Below, one piece after another: positions 30,527 to 41,900 of a stretch of 64,000 bases of DNA. This DNA comes from Oligoflexales bacterium. Lineage in GTDB: Bacteria; Bdellovibrionota_B; Oligoflexia; Oligoflexales; Bog-1112. A program made the translations under genes and the position numbers. Below the pieces are notes generated by a model. The model ran no database searches and was not told where the DNA came from. It saw only the letters and a program-made list of their open reading frames with translations. Where the stretch lies: NCBI GenBank assembly GCA_045106415.1, contig JBGCEP010000030.1, forward strand, positions 34,233 to 98,232. The letters run 5' to 3'. The stretch's first letter is position 1. Each line of letters starts with the position of its first letter.

Positions 30527-31693
30527 ATGACTTATATCTTATACGCAAAGAGAACTCCCGTTGGTAAAATGTCAGGTGGGCTGAGCCAGGTGCCAGCTCC
30601 GAAACTCGGCTCCGCTCTTGTCTCAGACGCTCTATCAGAAACAAAGATTGATCCCAAAAAAGTAGATGAAATCATCATGGGTCAAGTCTTATCGGCGGGT
30701 TGTGGACAAGCTCCAGCAAGGCAGGCAGCACTCCACGGAGGACTTTCCACACAAACTCAAGCGCTGACTATCAATAGAGTATGTGGCAGTGGCCTTAAGT
30801 CTGTCATGCTTGCAGATCAAGCGATTCGACTCGGGGATGCTGATATCATTTTTGCAGGCGGGCAAGAGAATATGAGCCTTGCTCCTCACCTTTTGCCTCA
30901 ATCAAGACAAGGTTATCGGTTTGGGTCTTTCACAGCTCTTGATCATATGCAGCATGATGGCCTTTGGGATCCATACAATGATGTTCCAATGGGTGATTGT
31001 GGTGAGACTTGTGCCGACGAATATAAATTCACAAGAGAGCAGCAGGATGCCTTTGCTATTGAAAGTTATCGCCGAGCTCAGCATGCCGCAGAACAAGGTT
31101 TTTTCAAAAAAGAGATTCTTCCCATAGAGGTTCAGGAACGTAAAAAAACAAAAACTATAAATCAAGACGAAGAGCCTTTTGGGTTCGACCCAGAAAAGTT
31201 GAAATCTTTGCGAGCTGCTTTTCGTAAAGACGGGTCGATTACAGCTGGGAACGCATCTTCCATCAATGACGGAGCTGCTCTTTTGGTACTTGCTAAAGAA
31301 GCAAGTGGTCATAAACCTCTCGCAAAAATTATTGCTCAAGCGTCCTTTGCTCATGCTCCTGAATGGTTTACAACTGCACCGATTTCTTGCATTAAAAAAG
31401 TTTTAGAAAAAGCCAATATGAAACCTGAAGATATTGATTTATATGAAATCAATGAAGCTTTTTCTTGCGTCACGATGGCGGCTATTCATGATTTGAAGCT
31501 TGATCCTGAAAAAGTAAATATTCACGGCGGAGCTGTATCAATAGGTCACCCTATTGGCGCAAGTGGGGCAAGAATCTTGGTCACTCTCATTCACGCACTT
31601 AAACAAAAAGGCATGAAAACAGGCTTAGCAACGCTGTGCATCGGTGGTGGTGAGGCTTCTGCGGTCATCATTAAGATCTGCGATGAATCATAA
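30527..31693 (+). CDS. Acetyl-CoA C-acetyltransferase (thiolase)
   Basis: INRVCGSG, EINEAF, GHPIGASG, LCIGGG; SD GAGG before ATG 30527. Confidence 0.95.
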   Translation: MTYILYAKRTPVGKMSGGLSQVPAPKLGSALVSDALSETKIDPKKVDEIIMGQVLSAGCGQAPARQAALHGGLSTQTQALTINRVCGSGLKSVMLADQAIRLGDADIIFAGGQENMSLAPHLLPQSRQGYRFGSFTALDHMQHDGLWDPYNDVPMGDCGETCADEYKFTREQQDAFAIESYRRAQHAAEQGFFKKEILPIEVQERKKTKTINQDEEPFGFDPEKLKSLRAAFRKDGSITAGNASSINDGAALLVLAKEASGHKPLAKIIAQASFAHAPEWFTTAPISCIKKVLEKANMKPEDIDLYEINEAFSCVTMAAIHDLKLDPEKVNIHGGAVSIGHPIGASGARILVTLIHALKQKGMKTGLATLCIGGGEASAVIIKICDES

Positions 31694-32131
31694 AGCGCAT
31701 TTTTTTGAGACTCGGTAAGTCAAAAGCGCCCAATGGCTACCGAGACTCAACATAAAAGCCGTTAAACACCCTCCAATACATAATCCAAGTACATCAAAAG
31801 ATGATGCAGGGCCATTGACAGATCTCAGCACCATCAGCACACTCATTGCAAAAACTCCTGCGCTGATCCCCACAGTCTGCAATTTCTGCAGCCTCTGCGA
31901 GGCATGAGCGTGGGGCAGGCTCAGAGCGAATAAAATCTGAATCTGCCCAAAAAGTGCTGTATGGCCATGTGCACTTACTTTCAAAATATTCTGCCAACCC
32001 TTTAAAATATCAGGATCTACCAGAAATGCACTTGCAGTGTCTGTTGCCAAAAAAAGCCCAGCACATGAAGACAAAAGCAACCAAAAAAACCCTAGAGACA
32101 AATTTAAAATTGACAACAAAGACATGCCCAC
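31688..32131 (-). CDS. Small 4-TM membrane protein with AHGH motif
   Basis: Four hydrophobic segments; a His pair that could bind heme or metal. Confidence 0.6.
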   Translation of the reverse strand: MGMSLLSILNLSLGFFWLLLSSCAGLFLATDTASAFLVDPDILKGWQNILKVSAHGHTALFGQIQILFALSLPHAHASQRLQKLQTVGISAGVFAMSVLMVLRSVNGPASSFDVLGLCIGGCLTAFMLSLGSHWALLTYRVSKKCAL

Positions 32132-32176
32132 TCCATTTACGTGTTAGACTTCAGTTGTGCCTGCCAAGAGGTTTAC

Positions 32177-32791
32177 ATGCTTCAAAAAAAGAAACAATAT
32201 CTTCTCTCATTTTGCTTCTGCTTGTTGAGCGTTCACTCATATGCAGCAGTCCATTTAACAATTCGTGGTAACGCTACTGATAATAATATTGGACTTGTTG
32301 GGCAGCAAAGCCGCGATTTAAGCAGCTCAGTCGCGTTTGACCTTGGAAACTATTTTCGTTTGGGGTTAACACACAGAGAAGCAACAACACACAAGATTGG
32401 TTACGAAAGCTCGACCTCTGACGACACTGATACTGTCACTTATCAACCTATAAACAATTTTACTCGAGTGAGCTCAAACTCTTTTGATCTCACCGTAATT
32501 CTTTATTACGGTAAACTCTGGGTTCCTTATGTCATGGTCGGTGTTGTTAAAAAATCTTATGAAACTCAATTTCTGACTTCAGAGGGTGAAACAACAGCTT
32601 TTCGAACTCCGACTCCTGCACTTCCAAATGCAGGCTGTGGAGTAGGCTTCAGGCTTAATAAAGCCTTTACTCTTAAACTTTCTTACACAGCCTCCCCTGG
32701 CCTTAAGATTGATGATCCAACGACTGCTGACGCAAAACCTCGTGCAGCTCGTGACTCATATACATCTGTAGGTATTTCCTACAATATCTAA
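32177..32791 (+). CDS. Outer-membrane beta-barrel protein (OmpA/OmpW-like, 8-strand type)
   Basis: Signal peptide; VPYVMVG; AGCGVGFRL; terminal SVGISYNI. Confidence 0.7.
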   Translation: MLQKKKQYLLSFCFCLLSVHSYAAVHLTIRGNATDNNIGLVGQQSRDLSSSVAFDLGNYFRLGLTHREATTHKIGYESSTSDDTDTVTYQPINNFTRVSSNSFDLTVILYYGKLWVPYVMVGVVKKSYETQFLTSEGETTAFRTPTPALPNAGCGVGFRLNKAFTLKLSYTASPGLKIDDPTTADAKPRAARDSYTSVGISYNI

Positions 32792-32805
32792 TGTGAGGCC
32801 TTACT

Positions 32806-34104
32806 TTGGCACGAATGATCCTAGGTTGTTTACTCATTATGATCATCGCCATGATTGCCTATACGATTTGGAAGCTATCGCATTCGCACGGCTCTCAAAA
32901 ACGCCGCCCATCAAAACGCCACAGCTTTAGCAATGACCAAAAAAGAACTATCAAGCAAGCTCAAGTTTTATGGAATGAAGGTGACGTTCACGGCTCTGTC
33001 AGTCTATTAGAATCGATTAACATGCATGTTGAAGCCTCTTCGTTGCTTGAATCAAAAGGACAGACTCGAGACGCTGGGCTTCTTCTTATTCGATCAGGAT
33101 ATCAGCAACGAGGGGCAACACTACTTGAGAAAAACGAACACTGGCTAGAAGCCACTCAAGCCTACCGAGCACTCGGTCAATACATAAAAGAAGGACAGTG
33201 CGCACAAAAAGCAAATCTTTTTACAGAGGCTGCTTTAGCTTTTTCAGCAGGTCAAGCTCACCTTGAAGCTGGAATATGCTTTATGCAAGCACAACAACCT
33301 TCTCAGGCTGCCGCAGCATTTTTACTAGCCGGAGAGACTCAACATTGGCTAGAAGCTATGAAATACCTTGCTGAGCACGCTCCTGATCAATATCGTTTCA
33401 ATCGCCTTGAGTTTTCATGGTTTCTGCAACTCGCAGATCAATTACCGCATCATCAATCACTTCTCAAGATGTTAGATCAGCAGGACATCTTAGTTTCCAT
33501 TATTCTTAATCGATTGGAACAACAAGACTTTGACGTCGCATCCCTGCTTTTTGAAAATTATAAACACCGTAAGTCTGATCTTATTGCCAGAGTTGATTTT
33601 GAATCTAAGGCTGCTGAAACTTTATCTAAAGTTCTTCTCTGGTCTGGGGAATATGAAACAGCAGGAATCTTATATCAACAAAGATCTGATTTTGAAAAAG
33701 CAGCCAGCGCCTTTAAACAGGCTGGCAATGAGAAAAGATATCACGAATGCCTGAGGCTTTCTGAAGGATTTACCGCCGGCGAAGACGGGCAGAATTTCTC
33801 ACTTTCAAGCGTCCAAGAGACACCTAAAAAAGAAGAGCCTTCTTCAGAAGATTTTCCCTCAACTTGTGACGATCAAGAAAAAACAGGCGAACTTCCTGCT
33901 GCTATTGACAACGAACCAACTACAACTGACAGTTCAAATAATAATTTCAAAAAAACGACGCTTCCTTCAGATGACAGCAGTCCCTCACCAGCAACCATAG
34001 AGAGTGAGCATACTGTGATGGTACAGCTCGATTTAGACGATAAATTCGACAGAGAAGAAGAAGAAGAAGAAGAAGAAGAAGAAGAAGAAGAAAAACATCG
34101 GTAA
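32806..34104 (+). CDS. Membrane-anchored helical-repeat (TPR/SNAP-like) protein with acidic tail
   Basis: N-terminal TM; repeated AA.xF..AG helices; poly-Glu C-terminus. Confidence 0.65.
   Translation: MARMILGCLLIMIIAMIAYTIWKLSHSHGSQKRRPSKRHSFSNDQKRTIKQAQVLWNEGDVHGSVSLLESINMHVEASSLLESKGQTRDAGLLLIRSGYQQRGATLLEKNEHWLEATQAYRALGQYIKEGQCAQKANLFTEAALAFSAGQAHLEAGICFMQAQQPSQAAAAFLLAGETQHWLEAMKYLAEHAPDQYRFNRLEFSWFLQLADQLPHHQSLLKMLDQQDILVSIILNRLEQQDFDVASLLFENYKHRKSDLIARVDFESKAAETLSKVLLWSGEYETAGILYQQRSDFEKAASAFKQAGNEKRYHECLRLSEGFTAGEDGQNFSLSSVQETPKKEEPSSEDFPSTCDDQEKTGELPAAIDNEPTTTDSSNNNFKKTTLPSDDSSPSPATIESEHTVMVQLDLDDKFDREEEEEEEEEEEEEKHR
34054..34092 (+). repeat. (GAA)13 trinucleotide microsatellite encoding poly-Glu
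   Basis: Thirteen perfect GAA units read directly from the sequence. Confidence 0.95.
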
Positions 34105-34111
34105 AAGAGAT

Positions 34112-34675
34112 CTAAGACGCTTCTTCTTGAAGATTTGGCTTTCTTTGAATCTTATCAAACAAATTTTGTGCTTCCTGTAAAGATTCAGGATTTTTTAGAG
34201 CTTTTTCTAAAGTGATTTTTTCAAGTAACACCTTAATAATTTTGTCAGGGTTCAGCAAAGTTTCTAAATCTTTTATTTGCTGTCTTTTCACAAGACCTTG
34301 CGCAATAAAATTATGCAGCTCATCGACATCAAAAGGCTTAGATAAAAAACCATCAGCTTCTGCTAATTGCTCATCTGTTGTCTCTCCCACGGCACCACTC
34401 ACAAGTAAAAAAGGGATCGTAGGATCTTTCTTCCTTACTTTCTTCATAAGCTGAAGGCCGTCAACTCTTGGCATCCTCAAATCTGAAATAACCAAATCAA
34501 TATGCCTATCTTTACAAGTCTGCATCGCTTCTTGTGCACTTTTTACAACAATCACTTTAGAAAAGAATTTATTCAGATGAATCTTAAAAAATTTCAAAAG
34601 AGTGCTGTCATCATCAACAACTAAGATATCAGCCTCACCATCATATTTATCTGTTTGCATATCTCGTAACGGCAA
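34112..34675 (-). CDS. Response regulator (receiver domain + short helical tail)
   Basis: ILVVDDD, DLVISDLRMPRVDG, FLSKPF; probable start TTG 34675 or ATG 34660 after GAGGGGGAG. Confidence 0.88.
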   Translation of the reverse strand: MPLRDMQTDKYDGEADILVVDDDSTLLKFFKIHLNKFFSKVIVVKSAQEAMQTCKDRHIDLVISDLRMPRVDGLQLMKKVRKKDPTIPFLLVSGAVGETTDEQLAEADGFLSKPFDVDELHNFIAQGLVKRQQIKDLETLLNPDKIIKVLLEKITLEKALKNPESLQEAQNLFDKIQRKPNLQEEAS

Positions 34676-34875
34676 AGGCTCCCCCTCATGTATAAACTCT
34701 ACTTCCTTATCGGCGTCACACAGTTCTTCTCCACGATCGTAAACGCAACTCTCTAATAACAAGTGCTTTTAAAATACAATTATGAGCAATCACATGACTA
34801 TTAGGAAAAAAACATATGCCTTTATTTATGAAAGACACTGCTACCATGAGAGCAAGAATAATTAAAGATTGATAT

Positions 34876-36057
34876 ATGCTTTTTGTAAATCACATAAAAA
34901 AATGGTCCTTCCTTTTTTTTGTTACGCACTCACAAAGCGTTTATAGCGCTTTGCCTTCTCAAGATTTTCCAATTACAGGGCATATTGCTCAACAATCTGA
35001 TTTTTGGGAAAAAATATTTACTCAGCTACCATCAACGAGCTCTTTAATTCATGACATGAACCATCCAAATGTTCTTCTAGATCTTATTGATCACCACAAA
35101 ATAGCAAAGCAAAAAAATCGTAAGCTACCATCGCTAGCGCAGCAAGCAAGCCTTACCGAGGCGTACTTGAATCGCTATAAAGAAGCTCTCAATCATTTCA
35201 AAATCTATGGTGAAAAAGCAAAACATAAAAGTTTAATAGAAATGCGTGTTTATGAAGTTTATAAACGCCAAAGAAAAATGTCTTCTCTTCTCAAAGGGAG
35301 AGCAAAAATAAGGTCACAAGCAGGTTTATCAGATCAGTTTATCCTCGGAGGCAGCCGGTCTCAAAATTATCTTCATCAAATGGAAGATATTTTCCGTGAA
35401 TACAACGTTCCTGAGGTTATTACTAGATTGTCTTTTGTCGAATCTATGTTTAACAATCAAGCTCGCTCAAAAGTTGGGGCCTCAGGTGTTTGGCAGTTTA
35501 TGAAACCCACAGCAAAAAATTTTATTATTGTGGATAAGTTCATTGACGAAAGAAACTCACCTTTAAAAGCAACACGAGCAGCAGCTCAACTTTTATCAGA
35601 AAATTACAAATTATTAGGAACATGGCCTCTTGCGATCACTGCATATAATCATGGACCTACAGGCCTAAGGAAGGCTGTTAAAAAATTCAGAACGAAAGAC
35701 CTAAATACCATTATTTCTCAATATAAATCCTCAACCTTTGGATATGCCAGCCGTAATTTTTATAGTGAGTTTGTTGCTGCTGCTCGATCCTATCAAAAGT
35801 ATATCAATCAAGGGTTAATCACAAAACCAGATGCTGAAAAAAAGTTTTATGAAATAAAACCACATAAAAGAAGAACTATTCCAAATACTTTAAAAGCCTT
35901 TAATATCTCTTGGTCTACATTTCGATCTTGGAATCCTGGTATGACACAACAAGGTTACCGTTATTATCAGAATAATCTTTTACCTAAAAAATACAAAATA
36001 ATAGTCCCTGCTAGCTCTCTACATTCAGCTAAAAAACACAATTTTCAAAGGAGATAG
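34876..36057 (+). CDS. Lytic transglycosylase (SLT/MltD-like)
   Basis: LSFVES, ARSKVGASGVWQFM, DERN.P..AT.AA, ITAYNHG; degenerate LysM-like C-terminus. Confidence 0.9.
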   Translation: MLFVNHIKKWSFLFFVTHSQSVYSALPSQDFPITGHIAQQSDFWEKIFTQLPSTSSLIHDMNHPNVLLDLIDHHKIAKQKNRKLPSLAQQASLTEAYLNRYKEALNHFKIYGEKAKHKSLIEMRVYEVYKRQRKMSSLLKGRAKIRSQAGLSDQFILGGSRSQNYLHQMEDIFREYNVPEVITRLSFVESMFNNQARSKVGASGVWQFMKPTAKNFIIVDKFIDERNSPLKATRAAAQLLSENYKLLGTWPLAITAYNHGPTGLRKAVKKFRTKDLNTIISQYKSSTFGYASRNFYSEFVAAARSYQKYINQGLITKPDAEKKFYEIKPHKRRTIPNTLKAFNISWSTFRSWNPGMTQQGYRYYQNNLLPKKYKIIVPASSLHSAKKHNFQRR

Positions 36058-36059
36058 AC

Positions 36060-36734
36060 ATGTTGAAATTTTTTATACTGGCCGTACTTGCATCACAAGC
36101 TGTAAGCCATGATCTTGATGATATCCTAGACCGTTTAGAAGAAAAATTAAAAAGAAACGAAACAGAAGAAATGGGATCAGCACCGGAGCAAAAATACAGA
36201 GAACCCCACTATACAACTCAGTCTACAACCCGCATGACCCCAACATCTGATTTATCTATTCAAAACATTGAGAAAAAAGTCCACAACTTAGAACAACAGA
36301 TTGGAGATTTAGAAAAAGGAGTTGAAATCTTATTTCAAGAAACGCTCCAACAAGCTAAATCAAAAAATGTCGTCAAAATAACAGCTTCCATCATAGCCGA
36401 AGGATCCCATGAGTTCTCAAGCCTCATTGTCGAGCTAGATGGGAAAAAAATATATTATTCAGATACAGAAACTGGTTTTTGGGTCCCTGACGACCATCTT
36501 CCTGTCTTTTGGGGTACTTTATCACCAGGGTCTCATTCTTTAAAAATGACAGCTCGTATTCATCGCGTTGCACAAACCACACACCCAGTTCGAGGAGAGC
36601 GCCTCATACAAAAAGATTTTAAAGTCAACATTCCAAGTGGTCCTTATGAAAAAGAATGGAAAATAACACTGCAACCTGATCAAAATGCAACAGGTGATAA
36701 AGAAGCTTCTCTTGTTGAGGAGGAACTCTCTTGA
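36060..36734 (+). CDS. Exported hypothetical protein (coiled coil + beta-sandwich)
   Basis: Signal peptide; coiled coil; VELDGKKIY...LSPGSHSLKM. Confidence 0.7.
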   Translation: MLKFFILAVLASQAVSHDLDDILDRLEEKLKRNETEEMGSAPEQKYREPHYTTQSTTRMTPTSDLSIQNIEKKVHNLEQQIGDLEKGVEILFQETLQQAKSKNVVKITASIIAEGSHEFSSLIVELDGKKIYYSDTETGFWVPDDHLPVFWGTLSPGSHSLKMTARIHRVAQTTHPVRGERLIQKDFKVNIPSGPYEKEWKITLQPDQNATGDKEASLVEEELS

Positions 36735-38923
36735 AATATTTCATACTCACTATTTTTATAATAACCATGAAGACTCATGCTCAAATACCTGAAATAAAAT
36801 TGCATAAGATTGAAAATGCTTTAACCAATCTAAACCAACAACTCAGTTCTTCTCTTGGAAATCACGAAAAAACAATCCCCTCTAAATTTGCCCTGAGTGA
36901 GAGTTTTTTTTGGTTAGAGAAAAAAAGCTGGCATACAGTCATAGCTCTTTTAGAACCTCAAACTTTTAATGATCCTAAGCAACAACTCAAAAGATTATAC
37001 GCTCTAGGTAAATCTTATGAAGACATTAATAACCATAAGTCATCTCAATTTTATCAGCAGTATCTTAACCTATCTCAACACCAGCCATCATACCCTCCAC
37101 AGTTTATGGAGGTCATTCAGTCTCTTCTTCTTGTTTCACCGAAAAATCTTCAAGGGCAGCAAATTTCTTCAATTTTAACACTTAACTTAAATAAAGAAAC
37201 ACGCCACAAAGTCTTACTTTTTATCGCTACATTTGCACTTAAACAAAACAAAACAGCTATGGCTAGAAAATGGCTAGAAACAATAATAAAAAATGAACCC
37301 ACACCGTTGATACTTTCAAAAACCCTTTATTTCTTAGGGACTGTAGCAACTAGAGAAAGACGATATATAGATGCAGAATCTTTTTTTGATTCCGCCTTAG
37401 GAACAAAAACTCCAGATTCGACTCTGTGGAAAAATAAATCAAAACTTGCCCTTGGGCATATCTCTCGCGATAAGAAAAAGTATAAAAAAGCTCTTAATTT
37501 TTATAAATCGGTCTCTTCAACATCAGAACTTTACCCTAAAGCGATTGAAAACTCTGCTCATATGCTTATCCGCCTTAAACAGTATCATTCTGCTATTCCT
37601 CTCTTGGAGAAAAGGTTAACTTATCCAGGTAATTATTTGTTTTTTCAAAAACTTCTTGCATGGTTAGATGTACAAGTAGGAGAAAAAGAAAAGTCGAAAA
37701 AATCAATTGCTTCTATTCAGAAAAAATTGAATAAAGATAGAAATTTTATTCTTCATGAAATATCTTCATCTAAAAAAATTTCAAGCCTACGCTTTCATCA
37801 ACTAGCCAGAGTTATTGAAGAGTGGATACCTCATCATCATAATTTGCACAAAGTAAAAAAAGTTTTCCATAAAATTTCACAAAACGAAAAAAAACTTTAT
37901 GGATTGCAGTCGCGCATGAAAAACATAGATTATCTTATGATTTATTTAGGTCCCGAACGCCTCCTTCAATATCTTAAAAATGATTATTTTCAGATAAAGA
38001 ACATCACTGATCACGCCATTAATCAAGGTCATGACCTTATTCAGGCAACAACTCAACAATTAAATTCTCAAATACCATCTTACTTAGCAGAGCATTTAAA
38101 AAATTCACAAAAAGAGAGAATAAAAAGAAAATCTGAAACATTCAATATTCAAAAAAAATATAAAGTATGGAGATTTATTCAAGAAAGTTTAAATCATTTA
38201 AAAAATGAATCAACACTTAAACAAAGACTAGAGAATATAGAAGCAAAACTTCAAGGAATATCTTTTCGGTCAAAAAAACAACCAACGCTACAAAACTACG
38301 ATTATTCAATGGATCCTTACTTTAATAAATCAAGAAAGATCAGAAAAGAAATTCAAAGAGTAGTCCGACTCACTAAAGACCTTCAACTTTCATCTTGGTC
38401 CCAAGCAACTCTTATTGATAATTTAGCCCTAGAATCATTTAAAGACTTTAAAGGTATAGAAGAAGATTGGCAAAAACTTTCAAAAATAATGAAAAAAGAC
38501 AGAACCCCAATCGGAACGAGTCGGTATGCAAAAAACATTAATTTGCACGAGCAGTGGAGTTATCTCGCAGGTCATCTTCTGGAAAAAATCACAAATCTTA
38601 AAAAAAGAGAAGAAGACAGCATTCATAATTTTATCTTAAAAAAGTCAAATATCCATAAAAAAATCAAATTTCTACGAGAGGAAAAAAATAAAAATCAGCG
38701 TCTCATCGAAGAGGAAAGTGTCAAAATATTGACATATCTCAAGCCCTTATTCATCACAAAATTTAACAAAATAGAGGCTGATCTCATAAAATGGGAAGGT
38801 GATATGGAGCATCAAAGAGCACTTCAAATCGCCAAGAAAAAACAAAAAATGAAAAATGCGATTAAACTTGAAGAAGAAATACTTCTGCCATCTCAACAAG
38901 AAGCAAGAGGCGTTCCATTATGA
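36731..38923 (+). CDS. Exported TPR + coiled-coil protein
   Basis: Signal peptide; TPR helices (TLYFLGTVA, LALGHI); translationally coupled to its neighbours. Confidence 0.7.
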   Translation: MKYFILTIFIITMKTHAQIPEIKLHKIENALTNLNQQLSSSLGNHEKTIPSKFALSESFFWLEKKSWHTVIALLEPQTFNDPKQQLKRLYALGKSYEDINNHKSSQFYQQYLNLSQHQPSYPPQFMEVIQSLLLVSPKNLQGQQISSILTLNLNKETRHKVLLFIATFALKQNKTAMARKWLETIIKNEPTPLILSKTLYFLGTVATRERRYIDAESFFDSALGTKTPDSTLWKNKSKLALGHISRDKKKYKKALNFYKSVSSTSELYPKAIENSAHMLIRLKQYHSAIPLLEKRLTYPGNYLFFQKLLAWLDVQVGEKEKSKKSIASIQKKLNKDRNFILHEISSSKKISSLRFHQLARVIEEWIPHHHNLHKVKKVFHKISQNEKKLYGLQSRMKNIDYLMIYLGPERLLQYLKNDYFQIKNITDHAINQGHDLIQATTQQLNSQIPSYLAEHLKNSQKERIKRKSETFNIQKKYKVWRFIQESLNHLKNESTLKQRLENIEAKLQGISFRSKKQPTLQNYDYSMDPYFNKSRKIRKEIQRVVRLTKDLQLSSWSQATLIDNLALESFKDFKGIEEDWQKLSKIMKKDRTPIGTSRYAKNINLHEQWSYLAGHLLEKITNLKKREEDSIHNFILKKSNIHKKIKFLREEKNKNQRLIEEESVKILTYLKPLFITKFNKIEADLIKWEGDMEHQRALQIAKKKQKMKNAIKLEEEILLPSQQEARGVPL

Positions 38924-41900
38924 CCAAGCGGCTTTTTAAAAAAACTGTTCTTGCGGGGCTTCTTTTTCATTTCCCCTATTTGCATGCTGTTGATCCACAA
39001 ATCGTTAGAAACCAAGAGTGGGAAGCCTCAGATGTTTTTTGGAAAGCTTTTCAAACATATGAGAATCACAAATCGCAAAAAGCTGACAACCATATTCATA
39101 AAAATTTGAACCGCCTACACACGATAGCTAAAAATCAAAGTAACAAAAATACAGAAGATGAATACGGTGCTCTTAAGAAGGCTGCGTCTTACTACTTAAA
39201 AGCTCTACAAAAACAGAATGTTGATAACGATGGGGCTATACAACTACGCCTAGGGTATACCTACTTCAAGATGTGTGAAATACAAGGCAAAGAACATCAA
39301 AGTTGCGACAAAGCTCTTGATACGCTCAAATATGTTATTAAGAAGACTCCCAAAGGCTCTAAAAGACAGGCTTCTATGTACATGAGAAGTTTACTCTACG
39401 AACAAAAAAACTCTAAAGAGTTAGCTCAAAAAAGCTGGGGTCAAATCATTACTCAAAAAAAATCAGATCGTTACACTTTTCATGCTCACATTGCACAGGG
39501 TGATGATTTCTTTGAAAGAGAGATCTCAGAAAAAGCATACCTTTCCTTTCATCAGGCATTTCTTCTTTCACAAAAAATACCATTGCTTCCTTCCTTAGAA
39601 AAAACCAGAATTTATTACCGCATCATGTGGGCAAGCTATCGCACAGGTCGTTTAAAAGAATCAATTGAACATGCAACACTTATTCTAAAACCTGGTCAAT
39701 CTTTTGATCATGAAATCGGTCGACGGGCTATTCTTAAAGATGCCCAAGAAATTATGGCAGATGCTTTATATGAACTAAAAAATCATAATTTAAGCATGAA
39801 AAAAATTAATTCTTCAACTCTTAAGCCGTACATTACAGAAATCGTTCTTCGCCTCGCTCAAAGAATGCATCATCATGGTGAGTGGAAAAAATCTTTGCAA
39901 ATTGCCCTCTTAGTAAAAAACAAAAATTCTTTATCCAAAAACCAACCAAAACTCTTAAATATGATTTCTGATCTTTATCAAAAAAACAAGAATACAATTC
40001 AATCTATTGCAACTCTATCTGAGCTTGCCATGCTTCTCCCCCATAATAGTCTTTGGAGACAAAAAAACAAAAGTTACCCACAGCACATTAAAAAAATGGA
40101 ACAAGTAGCAGAAAGCGCAGCTATCTCTGTTGCTGCTTGGCACTATAAGCGTGGTTTAGGTTCAAAAGACAAGAGATCTCTTAAAAGTGCGGCTACGTTC
40201 TATAAAATTTTATCTGAGTATAATCCTAAAGATCCTAAAGCTCATGAGTGGAAAATGAGATGGTCCCATTGTCAAAGCTTTTCTCATCATTTTGATCACG
40301 CCATTGCAGGTTATCAAATGATTCTATCAGATAAGGACAGCCCTTTTTCTTCACGAGAAAATGCGGCATATCAAATGATAAAAGTCTATGAGAATAGACT
40401 GCAAGAAACATGGCAGAAAATTTCAGACCAAGGTCGCCATATTGTTCAAAGCCCACAAATCAATGAAAAAATTTCACAATTAGAAAAATCAGTAACAAAT
40501 TTCATACATTTTTTTCCTGATTCAAAATATAAACCTCATATTCTTCTTTCTTTAGCAAGTGCATATAGAGATATTAAAAAAATTAAAAAAGCCGAATCTT
40601 TCTGGGAACAAACTTTGCTCTCTGGTGCAAATTCATATCAAAGAAGTATTGCTATACAAGGGCTCATTTATTCAAATTTAGAAAGAAAAAATTATCTAAA
40701 TCTCATTACAATTTGCGAAAGATTTTTAAGATTTGAAAAATGGGGCCAGAAAAATAAAAACCTTCAAAAAGAACTTTATCAAATACTCGCAGCAACTCTG
40801 AGTAAGCAAAATAAAATTGATATGAAAAATGGTCAATACAAAAAAAGCGCTGAACGTTTACATGCCATTTTAAATGAATTTAAAGGAATTCCAAAAAGAA
40901 CTTTATTTTCTCGAGATACAGCTTATTTATACGCACTTAGTGGAGACTGGAAAAACTCTGAAGAAATCTCGCATAAATTTATAACTCATCAAAAAAAATC
41001 GAAACACCTAGCAGATATGTATTATATAAAAGCTCGAAGTCAAGAGTATCGTTTTAAATTTACAGAAGCGGCCAAATCTTACCAAAATTATCTTCAGAAA
41101 TTTCCGAATCATTCACATGCTAAAGAAAGTAGACTTAGAGCAGTTCATCTTGCTCTAGCAGATGAAAATTTCATTCTTGCTGCAGGCCTTACTATTGAAA
41201 ATATGAAATACCAGCCTTCTAAAGGCTCTCAAATTAAAGAATGCTATCAAGCAACAAAATGGCTCCTTCAAGCGAATTCTCTTCAGAAATCACTAAAGAC
41301 AGCTCAAGAATGCCTTAATTTAAGCAGCACACGTTCTCAGATCTTACAAAGCCGACTTCTTATAGCAAATCTTGAGTGGGAACAAAAAGACACAAAGTCA
41401 CAAATGACATTTAAAAGTTTATTGAAAGATATTACAAATTCAAAAAATCATCTTTCTCCTCAAAGGTATGCAGATTTCATTGGAGAAATTCATTTACAAC
41501 TCGCATTTATGCTTCAAAGCAAATTTCATTCTATCGATATTCAGAGTCAACCACACCAGATGAAACATCAGCTTCATCAAAAAACTCTCTTATTTGAAAA
41601 AATATCTCACCACCTAGAAAAAGCAGGAAGCTTTGGCAGCCAGCCTTGGAATACTCAAGCAAGTTATGAGCTCGGGAAGATAAGTGATCATTTTGCAAAT
41701 GAAATTGCTATGGTTCAAATTAACAAGAAAAAAATAAGATCACTCAACGAAGAACAAAGGTATCACCGACAAATCAAACGATTGCAAAAAATGGCTCGAC
41801 GTTGGCATAGTCATAATATTTTAAGAAGAACTCGCAAACCAGGTCAGTATAACCAAGACATTTGGATTAAAAAATCATCCATAGCCCTACAAGGGGTCAA

